A stretch of 64,000 nucleotides of DNA from Escherichia coli (GTDB lineage Bacteria > Pseudomonadota > Gammaproteobacteria > Enterobacterales > Enterobacteriaceae): the NCBI RefSeq assembly GCF_013122565.1, contig NZ_CP053258.1; one strand, 5' to 3'. The notes under the pieces were generated by a model. It saw nothing but the letters and a program-made list of their open reading frames with translations, was not told the DNA's origin and ran no database searches. Positions within the stretch are counted from its first letter, which is position 1. Each line of letters starts with the position of its first letter. This document shows, one piece after another, positions 1 through 9,146 of this stretch. Made by a program: the position numbers and the translations under genes.

Positions 1-2268
1 ATGGCCGTTAAAGCCTCCGGGCGTTTTGTCCCTCCGTCAGCATTTGCCGCAGGCACCGGTAAGACGTTTACCGGTGCTTATGCATGGAACGCGCCACGCG
101 AGGCCGTCGGGCGCGAAAGACCCCTTACACGTGACGAGATGCGTCAGGTGCAAGGTGTTTTATCCACGATTAACCGCCTGCCTTACTTTTTGCGCTCGCT
201 GTTTACTTCACGCTATGACTACATCCGGCGCAATAAAAGCCCGGTGCACGGGTTTTATTTCCTCACATCCACTTTTCAGCGTCGTTTATGGCCGCGCATT
301 GAGCGTGTGAATCAGCGCCATGAAATGAACACCGACGCGTCGTTGCTGTTTCTGGCAGAGCGTGATCACTATGCGCGCCTGCCGGGAATGAATGACAAGG
401 AGCTGAAAAAGTTTGCCGCCCGTATCTCATCGCAGCTTTTCATGATGTATGAGGAACTCAGCGATGCCTGGGTGGATGCGCATGGCGAAAAAGAATCACT
501 GTTTACGGATGAGGCTCAGGATCACCTGTATGGTCATGTTGCTGGCGCTGCACGAGCTTTCAATATTTCCCCTCTCTACTGGAAAAAATACCGTAAAAGA
601 CAGATGACCACGAGGCAGGCATATTCTGCCATTGCCCGTCTGTTTAACGATGAGTGGTGGACTCATCAGCTTAAAGGCCAGCGTATGCGCTGGCATGAAG
701 CGTTACTGATAGCTGTCGGGGAGGTCAATAAAGACCGTTCTCCTTATGCCAGTAAACACGCCATTCGTGATGTGCGTGCGCGCCGCCAGGCAAATCTGGA
801 ATTTCTTAAATCGTGTGACCTTGAAAACAGGGAAACCGGCGAGCGCATCGACCTTATCAGTAAGGTGATGGGCAGTATTTCTAATCCTGAAATTCGCCGG
901 ATGGAGCTGATGAACACCATTGCCGGTATTGAGCGTTACGCCGCTGCAGAGGGTGATGTGGGGATGTTTATCACGCTGACCGCGCCGTCAAAGTATCACC
1001 CGACACGTCAGGTAGGAAAAGGCGAAAGTAAAACCGTGCAGCTTAATCACGGCTGGAACGATGAGGCATTTAATCCAAAGGATGCGCAGCGTTATCTCTG
1101 CCGTATCTGGAGCCTGATGCGCACGGCATTCAAGGATAATGATTTGCAGGTCTACGGTTTGCGTGTCGTCGAGCCACACCACGACGGAACGCCGCACTGG
1201 CATATGATGCTTTTTTGTAATTCACGCCAGCGTAACCAGATTATCGAAATCATGCGTCGCTATGCGCTCAAAGAGGATGGCGACGAAAGAGGAGCCGCGC
1301 GAAACCGTTTTCAGGCAAAACACCTTAACCGGGGCGGTGCTGCGGGATATATCGCGAAATACATTTCAAAAAACATCGACGGCTATGCACTGGATGGTCA
1401 GCTCGATAACGACACCGGCAGGCCGCTGAAAGACACTGCAGCGGCTGTTACCGCATGGGCGTCAACGTGGCGCATCCCGCAATTTAAAACGGTTGGCCTG
1501 CCGACAATGGGGGCTTACCGTGAACTACGCAAATTGCCGCGCGGCGTCAGCATTGCTGATGAGTTTGACGAGCGCGTCGAGGCTGCACGCGCCGCCGCAG
1601 ACAGTGGTGATTTTGCGTTGTATATCAGCGCGCAGGGTGGGGCAAATGTCCCGCGCGATTGTCAGACTGTCAGAGTCGCCCGTAGCCCGTCGGATGAAGT
1701 TAACGAGTACGAGGAAGAAGTCGAGAGAGTGGTCGGCATTTACGCTCCGCATCTCGGCGCGCGTCATATTCATATCACCAGAACGACGGACTGGCGCATT
1801 GTGCCGAAAGTTCCGGTCGTTGAGCCTTTGACTTTAAAAAGCGGCATCGCCGCGCCTCGGAGTCCTGTCAATAACTGTGGAAAGTTCACCGGCAGTGATA
1901 CTTCGTTAACGGCTTCCACACCTTCTGAACATGCCGCAGCCGTGCTTAATCTGGTCGATGACGGTGTTATCGAATGGAATGACCCGGATGTCGTGAGGGC
2001 GCTCAGGGGGGCATTAAAACACGAACTGAGAACACCAAATCGTCAGCAAAGAAACGGAAGCCCGTTAAAACCGCATGAAATTGCGCCTTCGGCCAGACTG
2101 ACCCGGTCGGAACGAATGCAAATCCCCCGTATCCGCGTTGACCTTGGTCAGAACGGTATCAGGCCTCAGCGATGGGAGCTTGAGGCGCTGGCGCGTGGGG
2201 CAACCGTAAATTATGAGGGGGTAAACTTCAGGTATCCGGTAAATGATGAGTGGCCGGGATTTAATTAA
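1..2268 (+). CDS. A: P2 gpA-like replication initiation protein (rolling-circle nickase); may be 5'-complete or truncated by the window edge
   Basis: 755-aa ORF starting at base 1, immediately upstream of the cargo locus and cos as in P2, where gpA is about 761 aa. Confidence 0.8.
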   Translation: MAVKASGRFVPPSAFAAGTGKTFTGAYAWNAPREAVGRERPLTRDEMRQVQGVLSTINRLPYFLRSLFTSRYDYIRRNKSPVHGFYFLTSTFQRRLWPRIERVNQRHEMNTDASLLFLAERDHYARLPGMNDKELKKFAARISSQLFMMYEELSDAWVDAHGEKESLFTDEAQDHLYGHVAGAARAFNISPLYWKKYRKRQMTTRQAYSAIARLFNDEWWTHQLKGQRMRWHEALLIAVGEVNKDRSPYASKHAIRDVRARRQANLEFLKSCDLENRETGERIDLISKVMGSISNPEIRRMELMNTIAGIERYAAAEGDVGMFITLTAPSKYHPTRQVGKGESKTVQLNHGWNDEAFNPKDAQRYLCRIWSLMRTAFKDNDLQVYGLRVVEPHHDGTPHWHMMLFCNSRQRNQIIEIMRRYALKEDGDERGAARNRFQAKHLNRGGAAGYIAKYISKNIDGYALDGQLDNDTGRPLKDTAAAVTAWASTWRIPQFKTVGLPTMGAYRELRKLPRGVSIADEFDERVEAARAAADSGDFALYISAQGGANVPRDCQTVRVARSPSDEVNEYEEEVERVVGIYAPHLGARHIHITRTTDWRIVPKVPVVEPLTLKSGIAAPRSPVNNCGKFTGSDTSLTASTPSEHAAAVLNLVDDGVIEWNDPDVVRALRGALKHELRTPNRQQRNGSPLKPHEIAPSARLTRSERMQIPRIRVDLGQNGIRPQRWELEALARGATVNYEGVNFRYPVNDEWPGFN

Positions 2269-2515
2269 TGCTTTGATTTTTTAGTTAGGCTGCTCTAGAA
2301 TCCACGCCAGTTACCGCTTGGGGTATCCTTGCATTGCTCTTGGTATTAGCTTTATACAAAGGGTGTAAAGGCTGCTATTGGCAACAATAGTGCTGGCATG
2401 GAGATAATCTCATGTTAAAGTTAGTGAAAGTACGTCAGTACAATCGCTATCGTTTCGGTAAGTGGGAGACGGTGTGTGAACACCGTCGTTCTTACCCAAC
2501 CCGATGATATGCGGC

Positions 2516-4735
2516 CTAAGCGGTAACGGTTTCCTCTTCCTCTTCGTCCATCATTTTCAAATAATGTTTTTCATCACCAGTCATACGAAAAATGGTTTTT
2601 AGTTGCTCCATATATTTCTCTGGAGATATATCTCCCATGTCTGTGATATTAACTGCATCTGAATGGGAACCTCTATTAATGTATCTATAAAATGCTCTAA
2701 AATCATTATTCTTATCATCGCTAGCAAGTTTATTTAACTCTGTCTGTAATGCATCCGTTCTATGAACAAATGCGAAGTAGTATTCCAGTATATTTCTCAT
2801 GATGTTAGGTATTATAACTTTATTTACCCTTCCATCCTTCGCATCTTTTAATACTTGCCATAGGGACTGGTATTCATTCTGAATGCTCTTTTTCTCTATT
2901 TCTGTAATTATGCTATATTCATTTTTTGTTACTCGTCCAAGATAATAATCACGCTTGAATGTTCTATCTTCTTTGCTTCTAGGAGCTAATTTGATAAGTT
3001 CATGAAAGAAATAAAGGTTATGTGTGAGTATTAATGTTTTCTTTACTGCTTTGTTATTGTTGATTATTTCATGGTGAATTATTGAAGCAATATCGTACAC
3101 ATAATTTTGAGAGAGGCTGGATATTGGATCATCAATAACGATAAATACATCTCGCATATCCGTATCATTCTTATCTGTCTTACCTTTACAGCATTCCAGA
3201 AAGTAGAGAAAGGTAATTAAAGTTTTTTCACCCTCGCTAAGAGATCTGTATACATCTTTATCTGTTGTGTTTTCAGAACGTGATATAATATATTTATCAT
3301 TGCTCTCAGTGTGTTTTTTTATGCTAAAACCATAAATTCCTAATAATTTTAGACGTTGATTTATAGAATCTATGGTTGCATCAATGTTAGATATTTGATC
3401 GCGTAGCTCTTTGATCTTTTTGCTATTGTTATCTCCTTGTTCTTTTATGGTATTTAATTCAAGTTGATATTGTTCATAAATGATTTTATAGTCATTCTCA
3501 TATTTTGAGAAAGCTTCAAACTCAGCGTTGCATAATTCTCTTATTGCTCCCCATATTTTGTAACGTATAGACTTTTCACTATCCTTAAATTGTTTGACTT
3601 TAATATTTATTTCTTTAATTCTATTGTTGTACTCTGCTATATTATCAACTACCTTTGCTTCAAGGTCGCTATTGGATTCCAAAATAATAGATATAGATGG
3701 GTTATTGATTTTATCTAACATCAATTTTAAGTTTTTGTTTGCTATTTCCTCTAGTAACGCTATATGAGATGATGTTATATCTTTTTCTTTTGAGGTGATT
3801 AATTCACAAGATGAAATCTCTTGTTTTATTTTTCTTAAATTATCTATGGTAGCGGATTCATAAGACGATCTGATAATGCGTATTTGGTCAACTTTCTTGG
3901 AGTAGCTATCATCAAAGATAGATTCAATTGCTTCTAAAAATTTGTCTTTAATAGTGTCTTCTTGGCAGAATGGGCAACATGTGCCATTTAAATATAATTC
4001 CTTCCCTTTTTTCACCCAGTCAAGGTTTTGAAGTTGTTTAATTGTTTCTGACAAATAGCTATTACTTGAGTCTATAATCGGAGTGGATAAAGATTCTTTA
4101 TCTTTTTCTGAAATGATATATTTTTCTAAAGGTGTAATTGATGCAGTGAATTTATCTTTGTTCTTTAAAAGAATACTATATTCTTGAGCAAGTGACTCGA
4201 TGTTAACGTCAGTGGTTTGAGGGGCTTTTTTAACTTGCTCATAAAATGATCTCTTGCTTCCTAACTGACCTTTCATCAAGTTCTTTAAGTCAGATGATCT
4301 AAAAGGTTCTGCTTTATTCCATATTAAATCAATATATTCATTTTCTTTATTGTTTTTATCTTTAATTAAACGCTCAATAACGTTTTTTTTATCTTTGTAT
4401 TTTGTAAGTAGGTCTTGTCTTATAGCTTCTTTTTCCAACAATTCTTTTTCAATGTCAGCATTTTCCTTACTTAAAGTGAATACTCCTTTTTGCTCTTTTG
4501 CATTATAAAAATTATCCTCAACAAACTTAGTATTATAAACCAATAGGCGAAAAGTATCTATGAAAGGACATTCGCATTCTTTGTAGTCCGTGTTATTTGG
4601 ATTATAGAAATAATTAGATATGGTTGATTTTCCACAACCGTTGTGACCATAAAGTATATTAATTTTTTTTGAGAGATTAAGAGTCGTGAAGCTATCTTTC
4701 TTATAGCTGGTTATATTCTTTAATTTAAGTTCCAT
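2516..4735 (-). CDS. Candidate antiphage/abortive-infection protein: split ABC/SMC-type ATPase with coiled-coil insert, CxxC motif and C-terminal HEPN-like domain (PrrC/RloC-like architecture, inferred)
   Basis: 739-aa ORF with ATG at 4733..4735 and GAGG-type RBS upstream. Walker A GHNGCGKST at residues 30-38; K/E-rich heptad-like region about 85-495 with CCPFC at 253-257; signature-like LSEGEK at 499-504; Walker B/D-loop VFIVIDDPISSLS at 530-542; H-loop LILTHN at 568-573; Rx6H (R684..H691) in the C-terminal ~150 aa. Much more AT-rich than the flanking phage genes. Sits at the P2 old/tin position. Confidence 0.8.
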   Translation of the reverse strand: MELKLKNITSYKKDSFTTLNLSKKINILYGHNGCGKSTISNYFYNPNNTDYKECECPFIDTFRLLVYNTKFVEDNFYNAKEQKGVFTLSKENADIEKELLEKEAIRQDLLTKYKDKKNVIERLIKDKNNKENEYIDLIWNKAEPFRSSDLKNLMKGQLGSKRSFYEQVKKAPQTTDVNIESLAQEYSILLKNKDKFTASITPLEKYIISEKDKESLSTPIIDSSNSYLSETIKQLQNLDWVKKGKELYLNGTCCPFCQEDTIKDKFLEAIESIFDDSYSKKVDQIRIIRSSYESATIDNLRKIKQEISSCELITSKEKDITSSHIALLEEIANKNLKLMLDKINNPSISIILESNSDLEAKVVDNIAEYNNRIKEINIKVKQFKDSEKSIRYKIWGAIRELCNAEFEAFSKYENDYKIIYEQYQLELNTIKEQGDNNSKKIKELRDQISNIDATIDSINQRLKLLGIYGFSIKKHTESNDKYIISRSENTTDKDVYRSLSEGEKTLITFLYFLECCKGKTDKNDTDMRDVFIVIDDPISSLSQNYVYDIASIIHHEIINNNKAVKKTLILTHNLYFFHELIKLAPRSKEDRTFKRDYYLGRVTKNEYSIITEIEKKSIQNEYQSLWQVLKDAKDGRVNKVIIPNIMRNILEYYFAFVHRTDALQTELNKLASDDKNNDFRAFYRYINRGSHSDAVNITDMGDISPEKYMEQLKTIFRMTGDEKHYLKMMDEEEEETVTA

Positions 4736-5065
4736 TTTAAAACCTCATCATTGCCAATGATATTGTATAAATATTTAAGCTGTTTAACATGAATTATTTT
4801 GCTAAACGATAAAGATCTACCTCAGAAGTTTACTTTGTTCAAGCAAAATCTTTTGTTCTAAGAGATATAAAAATTTTTATTAATAGTTTGATTTTTGTTC
4901 ATGGGATTTCCTTTTTTTATGTTTTTACAAAGTAATAACTATGCATGTATCAGGTGCATGGTTTTGCATGTGTCAAAGTTATGCGTCCTCATTGCTTTAC
5001 GTCACAGCTAGCGAGGATTCAACGTACTCATGCAACTGCATTAAAACCGCCCCATGAAGCGGGCG

Positions 5066-5084
5066 GGCGAGGCGGGGAAAGCAC
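5066..5084. other. P2-type cos cohesive-end sequence
   Basis: Exact 19-mer GGCGAGGCGGGGAAAGCAC, matching the P2 cohesive end from memory, located just past the stop of the portal gene Q as in P2. Confidence 0.6.
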
Positions 5085-5253
5085 TGCGCGCTGGCGGTGG
5101 TGCTGATTTTATTTTTTCAGCGTCTGAGCGCGTCTTGATGGCGTTTAGATTGTGCACCGGGGCGTTGGTGTGTCTGCGGGCTGTTTTGTGCGGTGGTGAG
5201 CGTGTGAGGGCGTGATGGCGGGGTGTAAAAAAGCCGCCCGCAGGCGGCGATGT

Positions 5254-6288
5254 TCAGCCGTTGTCAGTGTCCAGTGAGTAGTTTTTAAAGCGGATGACCT
5301 CCTGACCGAGCCAGCCGTTTATCTCGCGGATCCTGTCCTGTAACGGGATAAGCTCATTGCGGACAAAGACCTTTGCCACTTTCTCAATATCTCCCAGTGA
5401 CCCGACGTTCTCCGGCTTGCCGCCCATCAACTGAAAGGGGATACGGTGCGCGTCCAGCAGGTCAGCGGCGCTGGCTTTTTTGATATTAAAAAAATCGTCC
5501 TTCGTTGCCACTTCACTGAGCGGGATAATTTTAATGCCGTCAGCTTTCCCCTGCGGGGCATAGAGAAACAGATTTTTAAAGTTGTTGCGGCCTTTCGACT
5601 TAACCATGTTTTCGCGAAGCATTTCGATATCGTTGCGATCCTGCACGGCATCGGTGACGTACATGATGTATCCGGCATGAGCGCCGTTTTCGTAATACTT
5701 GCGGCGGAACAGCGTGGCCGACTCATTCAGCCAGGCAGAGTTAAGGGCGCTGAGATATTCCGGCAGGCCGTACAGCTCCTGATTAATATCAGGCTCCAGC
5801 AGATGAAACACGGAGCCGGGCGCGAAAGGTGTCGGCTCGTTGAAGGACGGCACCCACCAGTAAACATCCTCCTCCACGCCACGGCGGGTATATTTTGCCG
5901 GTGAGGTTTCCAGTCTGATGATCTTACCGGTGGTGCTGTAACGCTTTTCCAGAAACGCATTACCGAACACCAGAAAATCCAGCACAAAGCGGCTGAAATC
6001 CTGTTGCGAAAGCCACGGATGCGGGATAAATGTCGAGGCCAGAATATTGCGTTTGACGTAAATCGGGGAGCTGTGATGCACGGCAGCACGCAGGCTTTTT
6101 GCCAGACCGGTAAAGCTGACCGGCGGCTCATACCATCTGCTGTTACTGATGCACTCGACGTAATCCAGAATGTCACGGCGGTCGAGTACCGGCACCGGTT
6201 CGCCAAAGGTGAATGCCTCCATTTTCGGGGCGCTGGCGGTGATTGTTTTTGCCGCAGGTTGCGGTGTTTTCCCTTTTTTCTTGCTCAT
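5254..6288 (-). CDS. Q: Portal protein
   Basis: 344 aa, identical in length to P2 gpQ; leftward-transcribed next to the terminase gene and adjacent to cos. Confidence 0.9.
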   Translation of the reverse strand: MSKKKGKTPQPAAKTITASAPKMEAFTFGEPVPVLDRRDILDYVECISNSRWYEPPVSFTGLAKSLRAAVHHSSPIYVKRNILASTFIPHPWLSQQDFSRFVLDFLVFGNAFLEKRYSTTGKIIRLETSPAKYTRRGVEEDVYWWVPSFNEPTPFAPGSVFHLLEPDINQELYGLPEYLSALNSAWLNESATLFRRKYYENGAHAGYIMYVTDAVQDRNDIEMLRENMVKSKGRNNFKNLFLYAPQGKADGIKIIPLSEVATKDDFFNIKKASAADLLDAHRIPFQLMGGKPENVGSLGDIEKVAKVFVRNELIPLQDRIREINGWLGQEVIRFKNYSLDTDNG

Positions 6289-8090
6289 CAGTAAAACTCC
6301 AGAATGGTGGATGTCAGCGGGGTGCTGATACCGGCGGTGAGTGGCTCATTTAACAGGGCGTGCATGGTCGCCCAGGCGAGGTCGGCGTGGCTGGCTTCCT
6401 CGCTGCGGCTGGCCTCATAAGTGGCGCTGCGTCCGCTGCTGGTCATGGTCTTGCGGATAGCCATAAACGAGCTGGTGATGTCGGTGGCGCTGACGTCATA
6501 TTCCAGACAGCCACGGCGGATGACGTCTTTTGCCTTGAGCACCATTGCGGTTTTCATTTCCGGCGTGTAGCGGATATCGCGCGCGGCGGGATAGAACGAG
6601 CGCACGAGCTGGAACACGCCGACACCGAGGCCGGTGGCATCAATACCGATGTATTCGACGTTGTATTTTTCGGTGAGTTTGCGGATGGATTCAGCCTGGG
6701 TGGCAAAGTCCATGCCTTTCCACTGGTGACGCTCAAGTATTCTGAATTTGCCACCGGCCACCACCGGTGGTGCCAGCACCACGCATCCGGCGCTGTCGCC
6801 ACGGTGTGACGGGTCGTAACCAATCCATACCGGGCGGGAGCCGAACGGATTCGCGGCAAACGGCGCATAGTCTTCCCATTCTTCCAGCGTGTCGACCATG
6901 CAGCGTTGCAGCTCCTCGAACGGGAACACCGACGCCTTGTCGTCAACAAATTCACACATGAACAGGTTTTTAAAATCGTCGGCGCTGTTTTCACGTTTGA
7001 GCTGCTCAATGTCGAACAGCGTGCAGCCACCTTTCAGGGCGTCCTCAATGGTGACAATCTGCCGCCACTGGCCGTCCGCACAGAGAAGCCCACCGGCAAG
7101 GGCGTTATGACTGACGTCGATTTCCACGCGTTCGGCGGCGCTGGCGCGTCCCCGGTTAAACAGTTCACCCGACCAGAACGGGTAGGCGTCGTGCGCCAGC
7201 GTGGACGGGGTGGAGAAATAAGTCGAGCGCAGGTGACTTTGTGAGGCCATACCTGATGCCACCTTACGCAGTACCTGAAAATTCGGGATCCAGAAAATCT
7301 CGTCGACGTACAGGTCGCCGTTATGGCTCTGTGCGGTGTTGGAGTTGGTGCCGAGAAAAATCAGTTTTGCGCCGTTATTGCCCAGGACAATCGGGTCACC
7401 AGTCAGGTCAACGTCAACCAGCCGGGCAAAGGCGATGATGTATTCGCGGAACACATACGCCTGCGTTTTACTGGCCGACAGAAAAATCTGGTTATGACCG
7501 GTTTTCAGGGCGCGCAGCAGCGCCTCGCGGGAAAAATAAAACGTCGCGCCAATCTGGCGGGATTTCAGGATATCGCGGATGCGGTGCTCAAGCCCGGCGC
7601 GATACCAGTGCAACTGATATTCGAAAGACTGCTCAAAGAAAATCTGCTCCAGCTTTTCGATGGCCTCGTCACTGAAAAAATTCTTTTTCGGTTTGCGACG
7701 CCCGCCTTTGTTGCGGTTAGCGACGTTCGGATTAAGGTCTGCCTCGTTGCCGGTCTGACTGTAACGGTTGACCCGTGCCAGTCGTTCAATCTGGCGTCCC
7801 AGCAGGTCAATTTCCTTGAAGTCACCGCCGGTTTTCTGCGGTTTGATGATGAGCTGGGTCAGCCGCGCTTCCAGACTCATTTCGACACGGCTGATGGGGG
7901 CAACGCTGTCCCAGCCGTCGCGCTGTTTCCAGCTCTGCACCGTCGGGCGTTTCATCTGCAACATGGCGGCAATCTGCGGTACGGAAAACCCCTGCCAGTA
8001 CAGCAGCGCCGCCTGACGACGCGGGTCGTGTAAAAGAGTGGTGTCTGTGGTGATGGTCATGAATACCTCGCCGTGATGAATACACGGCAA
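6288..8090 (-). CDS. P: Terminase large subunit (ATPase/nuclease)
   Basis: 600-aa ORF overlapping the Q start by one base, divergent from the O N M operon as in P2. Confidence 0.9.
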   Translation of the reverse strand: MPCIHHGEVFMTITTDTTLLHDPRRQAALLYWQGFSVPQIAAMLQMKRPTVQSWKQRDGWDSVAPISRVEMSLEARLTQLIIKPQKTGGDFKEIDLLGRQIERLARVNRYSQTGNEADLNPNVANRNKGGRRKPKKNFFSDEAIEKLEQIFFEQSFEYQLHWYRAGLEHRIRDILKSRQIGATFYFSREALLRALKTGHNQIFLSASKTQAYVFREYIIAFARLVDVDLTGDPIVLGNNGAKLIFLGTNSNTAQSHNGDLYVDEIFWIPNFQVLRKVASGMASQSHLRSTYFSTPSTLAHDAYPFWSGELFNRGRASAAERVEIDVSHNALAGGLLCADGQWRQIVTIEDALKGGCTLFDIEQLKRENSADDFKNLFMCEFVDDKASVFPFEELQRCMVDTLEEWEDYAPFAANPFGSRPVWIGYDPSHRGDSAGCVVLAPPVVAGGKFRILERHQWKGMDFATQAESIRKLTEKYNVEYIGIDATGLGVGVFQLVRSFYPAARDIRYTPEMKTAMVLKAKDVIRRGCLEYDVSATDITSSFMAIRKTMTSSGRSATYEASRSEEASHADLAWATMHALLNEPLTAGISTPLTSTILEFY

Positions 8091-8233
8091 GGCTACTGAG
8101 TCGCGCCCCGCGATTCGCTAAGGTGCTGTTGTGTCAGTGATAAGCCATCCGGGACTGATGGCGGAGGATGCGCATCGTCGGGAAACTGATGCCGACATGT
8201 GACTCCTCTAATCACTATTCAGGACTCCTGACA

Positions 8234-9088
8234 ATGGCAAAAAAAGTCTCAAAATTCTTTCGTATCGGCGTTGAGGGTGACACCTGTGACGGGCGTGTCA
8301 TCAGTGCGCAGGATATTCAGGAAATGGCCGAAACCTTTGACCCGCGTGTCTATGGTTGCCGCATTAACCTGGAACATCTGCGCGGCATCCTGCCTGACGG
8401 TATTTTTAAGCGTTATGGCGATGTGGTCGAACTGAAGGCGGAAAAGATTGACGACGATTCGGCGCTGAAAGGCAAATGGGCGCTGTTTGCGAAAATCACC
8501 CCGACCGATGACCTTATCGCGATGAACAAGGCCGCGCAGAAAGTCTACACCTCAATGGAAATTCAGCCGAACTTTGCCAATACCGGCAAATGTTATCTGG
8601 TGGGGCTGGCCGTCACCGATGACCCGGCAAGCCTCGGCACGGAATACCTGGAATTCTGCCGCACGGCAAAACACAACCCCCTGAACCGCTTCAAATTAAG
8701 CCCTGAAAACCTGATTTCAGTGGCAACGCCTGTTGAGCTGGAATTTGAAGACCTGCCTGAAACCGTGTTCACCGCCCTGACCGAAAAGGTGAAATCCATT
8801 TTTGGCCGCAAACAGGCCAGCGATGACGCCCGTCTGAATGACGTGCATGAAGCGGTGACCGCTGTTGCTGAACATGTGCAGGAAAAACTGAGCGCCACTG
8901 AGCAGCGCCTCGCTGAGATGGAAACCGCCTTTTCCGCACTTAAGCAGGATGTGACTGACAGGGCGGATGAAACCAGCCAGGCATTCACCCGCCTGAAAAA
9001 CAGTCTCGACCACACCGAAAGTCTGACCCAGCAGCGCCGCAGCAAGGCCACCGGCGGTGGCGGTGACGCCCTGATGACGAACTGCTGA
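8234..9088 (+). CDS. O: Capsid scaffolding protein
   Basis: Start chosen at the internal ATG (MAKKVSKFFRIGVEG...), giving 284 aa as in P2 gpO; the track ORF extends upstream to 8168. Confidence 0.85.
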   Translation: MAKKVSKFFRIGVEGDTCDGRVISAQDIQEMAETFDPRVYGCRINLEHLRGILPDGIFKRYGDVVELKAEKIDDDSALKGKWALFAKITPTDDLIAMNKAAQKVYTSMEIQPNFANTGKCYLVGLAVTDDPASLGTEYLEFCRTAKHNPLNRFKLSPENLISVATPVELEFEDLPETVFTALTEKVKSIFGRKQASDDARLNDVHEAVTAVAEHVQEKLSATEQRLAEMETAFSALKQDVTDRADETSQAFTRLKNSLDHTESLTQQRRSKATGGGGDALMTNC

Positions 9089-9146
9089 CCGGCGTCAGTC
9101 AGTCCGGGAAAACCTTAACGATTAACCCTTAATTTCAGGAAAAACT

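Noticed and set aside
2516-4735. Identifying the cargo gene as P2 old or tin
   Set aside because: Old is shorter and carries a TOPRIM nuclease domain, and Tin is ~250 aa; this protein is 739 aa with a coiled-coil-split ABC head and no TOPRIM-like motifs seen.
4901-5011. 36-codon plus-strand ORF in the AT-rich region upstream of the cargo gene
   Set aside because: No Shine-Dalgarno sequence, a low-complexity Phe/Leu-rich product, and it overlaps the likely promoter of the 739-aa gene.
5427-6206. Overlapping ORFs on both strands within the portal gene Q (5427..5726 -, 5446..5904 +, 5727..6206 -)
   Set aside because: Alternative frames of the Q coding region; Q itself matches P2 gpQ length exactly.
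7323-8033. 236-aa plus-strand ORF inside the terminase gene P (and similar antisense ORFs at 9135..9725, 10371..10970, 16004..16615, 25613..26185, 35958..36491, 60099..60683)
   Set aside because: All lie fully inside longer genes whose length and order match P2 or K-12 proteins; low-complexity Arg/Ala/Gly-rich translations typical of antisense frames in GC-rich genes.
8168-8233. N-terminal extensions of gpO (and likewise of gpL at 11007, gpX at 11507, ogr at 26698, udk at 52318, wzc at 59826, yegH to 57679, yegP to 29934)
   Set aside because: Internal starts reproduce the known protein lengths and N-terminal sequences; the longer forms come from the track taking the longest possible ORF.
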